Source: Gammaproteobacteria bacterium (lineage in GTDB: Bacteria; Pseudomonadota; Gammaproteobacteria; Arenicellales; Poriferihabitantaceae). From it: 64,000 nt of DNA. The DNA lies in the NCBI GenBank assembly GCA_024644945.1, contig JAHEGU010000001.1, positions 89,937-153,936 of the forward strand, read 5' to 3'. Below the pieces are notes generated by a model. It searched no databases and was not told the origin of the DNA. It saw only the letters and a list, made by a program, of their open reading frames with translations. Made by a program: the position numbers and the translations under genes. Below, one piece after another: positions 57,474 to 64,000 of the stretch (its first letter is position 1; each line of letters begins with the position of its first letter).

Positions 57474-57839
57474 ATGAAAGCAGTCGTTAAATCCCACGAT
57501 CTCAGCAACGAGTTCTATACCCCTGAGAAGTGCTACATCACTGAATTATCTAATTCCAATGATGATCCAGATGTATCCATTACGCGAGCGAGACTAGAGC
57601 CCGGTGTCACCACCCGATGGCATCGGCTTTCATCCACATCCGAACGCTATTATATTATTAGCGGTGAAGGACGTGTGGAGATAGGAGACTTGTCGCCACA
57701 AAATGTAAAGGCCGAAGATATCGTACTCATCCCTCCAATGTGTCCTCAACGCATCACTAACATCGGATCAGAAGATCTGGTGTTCCTGGCAATCTGCACA
57801 CCCCGCTTCACCAATGATGTCTATGAAGATATTGAATAA
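57474..57839 (+). CDS. Cupin domain protein
   Basis: The 121-aa ORF has a single cupin barrel (TRWHRLSSTSERYYIISGEG...IPPMCPQRITNIG). Confidence 0.65.
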   Translation: MKAVVKSHDLSNEFYTPEKCYITELSNSNDDPDVSITRARLEPGVTTRWHRLSSTSERYYIISGEGRVEIGDLSPQNVKAEDIVLIPPMCPQRITNIGSEDLVFLAICTPRFTNDVYEDIE

Positions 57840-57883
57840 TGGCGTCAGAACTATTTAATGATTATTCGTAAGTAACAGCGAAA

Positions 57884-58504
57884 CTATACAGATGTATTAT
57901 CGAACGCTGGTCCCATCGCTCGAATCATTTCGGCTGCCTCTGTCAGCTTTTGAGATTTGGTTTCACCTTTAGCGACCGGTCCGTCTACGAACAGATTGGC
58001 GAGCCCATGTACCGATGACCAGGCCAATAGCTCCTGTGGACTGAAGCGCGCAGGATCTTTGTCTTCGATGGTATCGGCAAATCCCCCTTTTAGATGTGCG
58101 CTAAGTTCATTGGCAGCCGCGATGTAGTTTTGATCATTGGAATAAATAGTCTCTTCACGCCACATGGCACGAAAAAAAGCAGGTTTCTCCAGAGCGAATT
58201 CAATATAGGCCAGACCAACGGCGTGGAAAGGATTGGTTCCTTCTCTGTGCGCTTGAAACTTTGCGGTGGCCATGGCGTCTGAGAGCTGATGCAAAGCTCG
58301 CGTCGCAAAAGCGGTGAGCAGGGCGCGTTTATCCGAATAGTGTCTGAAGGCAGAGGAGGGTGAGACACCCACCAGCTTTGCGCAGCCGCGTAACGTGACG
58401 GCTTCAAGACCGAACTGGGTAGCAAGTTCATCCACTGCATTCAGCAGCGATTCCGCCAAATTTCCGTGGTGGTATGCTTTTTTGCCTCCCTTTTTTTGCC
58501 TCAT
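57884..58504 (-). CDS. TetR/AcrR family transcriptional regulator
   Basis: The 206-aa ORF has an N-terminal HTH: FGLEAVTLRGCAKLVGVSPSSAFRHYSDKRALL. Confidence 0.85.
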   Translation of the reverse strand: MRQKKGGKKAYHHGNLAESLLNAVDELATQFGLEAVTLRGCAKLVGVSPSSAFRHYSDKRALLTAFATRALHQLSDAMATAKFQAHREGTNPFHAVGLAYIEFALEKPAFFRAMWREETIYSNDQNYIAAANELSAHLKGGFADTIEDKDPARFSPQELLAWSSVHGLANLFVDGPVAKGETKSQKLTEAAEMIRAMGPAFDNTSV

Positions 58505-58527
58505 AAATGGTTTTCCGGTCGATTAAT

Positions 58528-58542
58528 GTGCACATTGTTCAC
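58528..58542. promoter_or_regulatory. Candidate TetR operator 1 (GTGAACA-N-TGTTCAC-type palindrome)
   Basis: The sequence is gtgcacattgttcac. It lies in the divergent intergenic region between the TetR gene and ORF 58699. Confidence 0.5.
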
Positions 58543-58592
58543 TTTTTTGGCTTAAAAGTCTTGAAACTTGCCTAACAGACGGTATATTATAT

Positions 58593-58607
58593 GTGAACAG
58601 TGTTCGC
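58593..58607. promoter_or_regulatory. Candidate TetR operator 2
   Basis: The sequence is gtgaacagtgttcgc. It matches the reverse complement of operator 1 at 12 of 15 positions, and each site is internally palindromic at 6 of 7. Confidence 0.5.
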
Positions 58608-58698
58608 ATTAGTCAATACCTGAAGTGGATAAAGCCCAAATTGGAACGCTGTAGAGTGGGATTACGCTTCCGCATTATTCTGTTAAGGAGATAATTTT

Positions 58699-59148
58699 AT
58701 GTCATCGTCAAGCAATTCAACTACTGATCAATCCAACAATCGATCACAGGGCCATTGCTGTGGTAGCTGGGGTAAAAAGGGCAACTGGTCTGGATTGAAT
58801 ATCGTTGCAATGGTTTTAGGGTTCGTATTATTCTGGCCTATTGGATTGTTTATCCTGTACTGGATAGTCACCGGGCGTAATGTCAAAGAGTTGCCGGAAG
58901 GGATTCGTGATCAGTGGTCAAAGGTGTCTGGAAGTCGGAGCGATAGCAACGGCCGAAATGGTCGCGGTGATAACGTCGTATTTAATGAGTATCAGCAAAC
59001 GCAATATGATCGCATTCGCGAACTCAAGGATGAAATAAAAGCGCGTTCACGCCGATTTGTTGAGTTTCGCGCCAATGCGAAACGCCGTGCTGACGAAGAA
59101 GAGTTCAATCGATTCATGTCAGATGCACCGGGGCGTAGCGATAGCTAA
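58699..59148 (+). CDS. Small membrane protein (DUF2852-like by recollection)
   Basis: The 149-aa ORF has one or two TM helices (LNIVAMVLGFVLFWPIGLFILYWIV) and a charged helical C-terminus. Confidence 0.5.
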   Translation: MSSSSNSTTDQSNNRSQGHCCGSWGKKGNWSGLNIVAMVLGFVLFWPIGLFILYWIVTGRNVKELPEGIRDQWSKVSGSRSDSNGRNGRGDNVVFNEYQQTQYDRIRELKDEIKARSRRFVEFRANAKRRADEEEFNRFMSDAPGRSDS

Positions 59149-59180
59149 GCCAACTTAGCTACAACAACGAAAAAAGGGAT

Positions 59181-59216
59181 GGCGGGATCAGGTTTTGATC
59201 CGCCGCCGTCTTTTCT
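59181..59216 (+). terminator. Rho-independent terminator after ORF 58699-59148
   Basis: The sequence is ggcgggatcaggttttgatccgcc, followed by gccgtctttt. Confidence 0.6.
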
Positions 59217-59425
59217 AGCTGACTTGCCCGACAAACCGATTTCTTCAACGGCTGTTTTTGAGCCAGCTATTTTTAAACTCGGCTACTTTTAGTTTTGAAG
59301 CATGGGTGCTCCAACTTTGCAGAAACAATACTATTATTTCTTATTGGTGTTAACTGGATTGAGGCCGTTTTTTTGGCAATCAGGTAAACTTGCCTGCTTA
59401 ATTTCTGAACTACCCGGTATTCGCT

Positions 59426-59809
59426 ATGACTGCGCAATCCAATATTCTCGGACCCGGCGACCGTGAGGTTATCGCTACAAACTCTTTGAAATTTCGGCCG
59501 TATGATCGATACGGCACACCAAACCCCTCAATGGACTGGGTGCCGCTGAATGGAAATGCAAACGAGGGATTCGAATCGTTCCTTCTGAAAATGAAACCCG
59601 GTGCTCAATCCACGCCCCATGTCCATACTGGTGGAGAGGAGTTCTATATCATTGACGGGACATTTACCGATTGTGATGGGGAAACTTTTTCCGCGGGCGA
59701 TTACGTGGCCTACCGACCCGGATCACGACATTTTTCTACCAGTGCAGACGGTTGCACCCTGCTGGTCATTCTGCGAGGCCAGAACGAGCCGATTCAGGAC
59801 CTTCTATGA
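59426..59809 (+). CDS. Cupin domain protein (ChrR-like cupin)
   Basis: The 127-aa ORF contains PHVHTGGEEFYIIDGTF...GDYVAYRPGSRH. Confidence 0.65.
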   Translation: MTAQSNILGPGDREVIATNSLKFRPYDRYGTPNPSMDWVPLNGNANEGFESFLLKMKPGAQSTPHVHTGGEEFYIIDGTFTDCDGETFSAGDYVAYRPGSRHFSTSADGCTLLVILRGQNEPIQDLL

Positions 59810-60247
59810 ACCCGGATTGTGCAAACGGGGTCGCAGACCTCCACGCTGATTTTACTTAACTGCTACTCACACCCCTTAGCCAGCTAACTCAGTAACTAAC
59901 GCTAATTTCCCGAAGCGTTCATTTTCAGCCTTCAGCGAAGCTGTTGGTTCTCCTCTCGTAAATTGTGAATTCTATTCAGATATATTATTAATTATAAATA
60001 TTTATTCTTCAGGCTCTCACGTAAAAGCTCGATAAAACAATTTTTCCTTCGGTAGACCATCAGAACACTGTTTCCAGATTAACATCTCGGTGTTTGACCC
60101 AGATCATCGTTAGCCACCGACAGATGGTCTTAGATTGAAAGCGTGAACGCATTGATTCAAACAATGTGGGGCGTCGGGCTATTTATCCTGGGGATGGCAT
60201 TTCTGACCTCCTTTTTCGGTCCTGTTTACGGTAAATACTAACTGTAA

Positions 60248-60829
60248 ACGTGGACTCGTTTTAAGGGGGCAGGTCAAGCCATACTTGCGAAAAGCTGCGT
60301 GGTGAATGATAACAATAATCCAAATATGAACCTGGCTAAAGTGGAACAAGAACTCAAAGCGCTGCTGGGACTTAGAAAAATAATATGGGTTGAGGATATT
60401 AAGGACAAAGATATTACGGATGGGCAGATCGATTTTTATGCACGCTTTTCAAAGAAAGGAGAAGTTCTTATGAGCAAGGGTAATTATCGACAATCGTACG
60501 ATTACGAGGTCACCAGAGAGAATATTGATGTTTTGAGTAAAGCCACCGATGCGGATGGGAATAAACTCAATGTGGTGATCATCGATACACCTGACTCAAT
60601 TGACGAATCATCTGGCGTTGACGACTTCGCAGCAGGATATATCGGCTATTATGTGTCTAATGGTGCGCTAATCATGCAAAGTTTTGGGGATAAAAAGGCA
60701 GATCAAAATGCCAGGAAAACAATATCTAAGGCGTTTCCAACTAGAGCAGTAGAGCAATTAGAAATAAATGGAATTGCTTCAGGTGGCGATACTATCCACT
60801 GCGCAACACAGCAAGAGCCAAGGATCTAA
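60248..60829 (+). pseudogene. Agmatine deiminase / PAD_porph family, C-terminal half only (N-terminal half missing)
   Basis: The translation is KGAGQAILAKSCVVNDNNNPN...IIWV...DITDGQIDFY...GGDTIHCATQQEP. It aligns to the second half of AguA-type enzymes. The catalytic GH(V/I)D His is replaced by Gln. There is an in-frame stop at 60245-60247 and no upstream ORF. Confidence 0.65.
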
Positions 60830-61101
60830 TAATCGCATAAATGTATAAGTCGGCATCTAATCTTTCAATCTAGACTATAGGTCTCTATTAAGACTGAAAA
60901 TGGAAAAGCTGCCGTTCACGGATTTATTCAGTAACTACCGCAATTTGGACCAACCCTGGTTTAGTGGACACATTGAAATGTCTTAGAATGAAAAGACAGG
61001 AGGGGAGTGATGACAAAGACAAAAATGTACAGACGCTATTGTCTATAGTTAAAGCGGGCCAATTCGAACGATGTTTTATCAGCAAATGATAGACTCTCGG
61101 T

Positions 61102-61166
61102 GAGCGCCGAGTTAGCCGCCTTAGTGTAAGCCCGTTGCGGGCTTTGGTCCCTCGTCGGTAACGCTC
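61102..61166. other. Extended imperfect hairpin between convergent genes (possible terminator or structured element)
   Basis: gagcg (61102-61106) pairs with cgctc (61162-61166). ccga pairs with tcgg. The apical perfect stem is aagcccg-ttg-cgggctt (61128-61144). Confidence 0.3.
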
Positions 61167-61231
61167 TGAACAGAGAGCCATGTAAGGAGAGCCGCAGCTG
61201 CAACCTCAAAGCGGAATTCGGATCAACAGAG

Positions 61232-62026
61232 TTAGTAGCGCACGGCCGGCGTCTCTATCTCCAGGCCCTTGCCTATGGCGTTTATGTACAGCTCGAGGTT
61301 GACGTAATCGTCCGAGCCGGCCTTGAGGGCCTTGGCCCGAAACTGATGTTGGCATTGACGGAAGCGCTCATGCAGCCCGTTTACCTTGGAATTCGCGAGC
61401 CGGTAGGTCGGAAAACCATTGCTGTGTCCCTGGGACAGGGTCTGGGCCCGTAGCTTACTGCCCGGGAAGTAGCTATGGCAGTGGGTGCACGCCATGTCGA
61501 GCTGCCCGGCGCGCCGATTGTAAAATGCCTTGCCCGCCTCGTAGTAAGGCTTTAGTGGCCCGTCTATGTCCACGTTCACCGGCTTGCCGTGAGCCTGGTG
61601 GCGGACGAAAGTTTCCAGGGCGATCGCCCTCGGGTCGTTGTATTTTTTCATTGGCGGGTTCTGCAAACGCTCGTTCCAGCAGATGTGGATCTGGTTTCTC
61701 AGCGTGATTGGCTTCTTCAGAGTTTCGCTGTAGACCGGGTATTGGGTAATGCGCTCAATGTCCAGCTTGCTGCCATCGTCCCCGTGACAGGAGCCGCAGG
61801 TCATTTCGTTCTTTGCGGTCGTGATGAACAAGGTTTGCCCTTCGTCGACGGTCAGCATACCTGGATTCTCGAAGTCGTCGTCCTGCATCGCTCGACTCTC
61901 CGGTGTCATGAACTCGTAACCAGACTTCGCGTCTTGCCAGGCATGGGTCAAGTTCAGGGCACCCAGCAACATTAATGGCAGCAACGCCGCCATGAGTCTT
62001 TTGTTATTGGGTTCGATCATTTTCAT
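61232..62026 (-). CDS. soxA: Sulfur-oxidation dihaem cytochrome c SoxA
   Basis: The 264-aa ORF contains ESRAMQDDDFENPGML, haem motifs CGSCH and CTHCH, QGHSNGFPTYRL, ERFRQCQ and LEIETPAVRY. It starts 5 bp after soxX. Confidence 0.85.
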   Translation of the reverse strand: MKMIEPNNKRLMAALLPLMLLGALNLTHAWQDAKSGYEFMTPESRAMQDDDFENPGMLTVDEGQTLFITTAKNEMTCGSCHGDDGSKLDIERITQYPVYSETLKKPITLRNQIHICWNERLQNPPMKKYNDPRAIALETFVRHQAHGKPVNVDIDGPLKPYYEAGKAFYNRRAGQLDMACTHCHSYFPGSKLRAQTLSQGHSNGFPTYRLANSKVNGLHERFRQCQHQFRAKALKAGSDDYVNLELYINAIGKGLEIETPAVRY

Positions 62027-62031
62027 TTTCG

Positions 62032-62511
62032 CTATTTGAGTGTCATGAGATAGGCGACCACATCCTCGATTTCCTGCGCAGTAAGCACCGTCTTACCTTT
62101 GAAGCTCTTACGGACCTGATTGAAGTGTCTCGGGTCCCGGTAGTATCCTGGCATGACCGTCATGGGGTTGATCTGCTTTTCGTCGACTATACTCAGTCGA
62201 ATCCGGCCTTCCTTGAGGCGCGACGCCACACCCGTCAGCGGTGGCCCCACGTTGCCGTTAAACTCCTCTTCCAGAATCGGCATAACGTGACAGGCGATAC
62301 AGTTGCCCTTCTTTCGTGCTACAGCGATTTTCCGACCGTTTTCCGGGTTGCCGACGAGGCCGCCGATCGGCGCGTTAATGGCAAATCCTTCGACTTTCCA
62401 CTCGTAATAGGGTTCGGGCGCAGGCTTTTCTTCTGCCAACACAGCCGATCCGCAGACCAGCAGTAGCGCCGTCAGCATAGACAAACGAATGAATCTTCGT
62501 CGCATGTTCAT
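62032..62511 (-). CDS. soxX: Sulfur-oxidation monohaem cytochrome c SoxX
   Basis: The ORF has a signal peptide from the ATG at 62511 (MNMRRRFIRLSMLTALLLV). It contains GNPENGRKIAVARKKGNCIACH, NVGPPLTGVASRL and INPMTVMPGYYR. Confidence 0.8.
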   Translation of the reverse strand: MNMRRRFIRLSMLTALLLVCGSAVLAEEKPAPEPYYEWKVEGFAINAPIGGLVGNPENGRKIAVARKKGNCIACHVMPILEEEFNGNVGPPLTGVASRLKEGRIRLSIVDEKQINPMTVMPGYYRDPRHFNQVRKSFKGKTVLTAQEIEDVVAYLMTLK

Positions 62512-62875
62512 ACCCACCTCGAGTCGGTCCGAATTACTATTTTTTATTAAATCAAAAGCGATCCGCAAACCTTGATCCCGATCAAGCGAGGGTATCTTTG
62601 GCTAATTAGAAGCATAAACACCCAATTTTCACATAACCACCGACATTCGTTGACATTGCCAGCGTCTGGTCAACGGCCGGTTCCGACCGCCCAGACGACT
62701 GCAGATACTATCCGGTCAAGATCGAGTAAATGGTGAGAGACGAATTCGAGATGCTGGAAGACCAAGATCTCGCTAACCTGAAACAGGCGCAGAGAATCCT
62801 GGATAATCTCATGGTCGATAGCCGCCCTCCCGTTAGCAAGTCGCAACCATGTGGGTAGTGAAGCGGAGCGAAGAT

Positions 62876-63907
62876 TTACCGCTTTTGCCTCCACCATCTG
62901 ACAAGCGCTTTTTCCAGCTCGGGAAACAGGAATCCGGCCGGGAGACCCAGCAGCACGAGCAACCACCACTCGGCTGGGAAGGCCTCTGTGCGAAACAGAT
63001 TGTTCATAAAAGGCGCGTAGACCAACGACAGATTGAAGATCAGCGTCATAGCCACACCCATCAGCAGCCATCGGTTGCCGAAGGGGCTGAACGAGAAGGC
63101 GGAACCCAGGATGGATCTGGCGGTGAATACATAGCCTAGGTGGACCATTACGACCATCATGAGCGTCGCCGTCTGAGCCTGCGCGAGATCGGCCGTATTA
63201 CCCGCCGCCAGGAGCTCGTGGCCGAACTGCCAGTATGTGTAGAAACCCAGTGCGGCCATGACGACGGAAACCAGCCCCACTCGTTGGAAAAAAAGCGCGT
63301 TGGCGATTTTTTCCTTTACCGAACGCGGTGGCCTGTCGAGCAAGCCTTTTTCCTTAAGCTCGAGCATCAGCGGCATGGTGAGGAACACCGAGTCGAACAG
63401 GTTGACCCAGAGGATTTGAATCGGCTCCAGCGGGAGGCGTAACGAGAAGACCGCGACAAAGGGTGCAGCCAGCAGCGCGCCCATCACCAGCAGAGCCTGG
63501 CCGCCGTTGGTGGGGAGAGTGTAATGAATAGCTTTTTCGATGTTGTTCCAGGCGTGTCGACCCTCCTCCACCGCTCCGACGATGCTGGCGAAGTTGTCAT
63601 CGGTAAGCACCATGTCCGCCGCTTCCTTGCTGACCTCCGTTCCGGTGATGCCCATGGCCACACCGATGTCGGCAGCTTTGAGTGCGGGAGCGTCGTTGAC
63701 ACCGTCCCCCGTCATGGCAACGATCTCGCCCCTGTGTTGGAGCTGCTGGCAGATCTGCAGCTTATGCTCTGGCGCCACCCGGGCTTAGACGGAGACGTCG
63801 TTCACCGCCTCGGCCAGCTCAGTTGGCGACATGCACGCGAGCTGCTCGCCGACCCTGGCAATGGACTGGGTGGTGATTATGTTGACGCGGGACGGCGTGT
63901 TATCCGA
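62876..63907 (-). pseudogene. P-type ATPase (type II-like) remnant: C-terminal ~300 aa intact, interrupted by an in-frame TAA, upstream part degraded or absent
   Basis: The translation contains ..ARVAPEHKLQICQQLQHRGEIVAMTGDGVNDAPALKAADIGVAMG.. plus C-terminal TM helices. A TAA at 63785-63787 immediately precedes ARVAPEHK (..ELAEAVNDVSV*ARVAPEHK). Further upstream, RVNIITTQSIARVG lacks the TGD motif. Another stop lies at 63908-63910. Confidence 0.75.
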
Positions 63908-63919
63908 TTACAATGCCAC

Positions 63920-64000
63920 ATGAAATACAAAGCAGTAGACTTCCGACCCAAATTTAAGAAATTTGACGATCGCTGGTCTCCCAGAGTCGTTGCTGAGATG
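63920..64000 (+). CDS. Cupin family protein, 5' end only (runs off the window)
   Basis: The translation is MKYKAVDFRPKFKKFDDRWSPRVVAEM. The F..(W/H)WSP(K/R)(I/V)(I/V)(A/G)E pattern is typical of a small cupin family, by recollection. Confidence 0.45.
   Translation, partial: MKYKAVDFRPKFKKFDDRWSPRVVAEM

Noticed and set aside
60924-61181. An 85-aa minus-strand ORF in the deiminase-soxA spacer.
   Set aside because: It has no motifs or plausible RBS, and it overlaps the hairpin region. It is probably non-coding.
62670-63071. A 133-aa minus-strand ORF and a 96-aa plus-strand ORF overlapping the ATPase remnant tail.
   Set aside because: They are out of frame or antisense to the recognisable P-type ATPase reading frame and show no motifs.
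1-64000. A search for tRNA/rRNA/tmRNA genes, transposases, integrases, and phage or toxin-antitoxin modules that would define a mobile island.
   Set aside because: I found no T-loop or acceptor-type tRNA signatures, no DDE or tyrosine/serine recombinase motifs, and no long terminal inverted repeats. The mosaic regions therefore cannot be tied to a specific mobile element.

Overview
The window looks like a gene-dense chromosomal segment from a Gammaproteobacterium-like, probably marine organism; the taxonomy is inferred from gene content only. I can support about 50 protein-coding genes. I found no rRNA, tRNA, CRISPR array, transposase, integrase or phage genes. Recognisable content: an RND efflux pair; several Fe(II)/2-oxoglutarate dioxygenases (2 PhyH-type, 2 TauD/CAS-type); five class III nucleotidyl cyclases, three of them paralogous cyclase/TolB-like/TPR proteins; a Na+/H+ exchanger fused to a cyclic-nucleotide-binding domain; nhaA; a CPA2 antiporter; cobB; acnA; two enolase-superfamily genes; soxXA; yajD; an EncFtn-type ferritin-like gene; and a TetR-controlled divergent pair. 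The most unusual loci are as follows. (1) A radical-SAM gene with a non-canonical CX9CX2C motif has a C-terminal ~175-aa domain that is re-encoded as a stand-alone ORF in inverted orientation 3.2 kb away, bracketing a frameshifted enolase-superfamily gene. (2) An orphan NRPS-like pair consists of a TauD/CAS-like dioxygenase translationally coupled to an unusual HD-like/adenylation/carrier protein with no C or TE domain. (3) A cAMP/cGMP-signalling neighbourhood contains a CNBD-fused antiporter. (4) At least three families of short repeats occupy most intergenic regions, one of them almost always on the + strand. (5) There are several gene remnants: M24 peptidase tail, TIM-barrel isomerase head, agmatine deiminase half, P-type ATPase with an in-frame stop. 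Some of these flank a by-eye GC-richer soxXA segment. All functional calls rest on motif recognition by eye. No database search was run.
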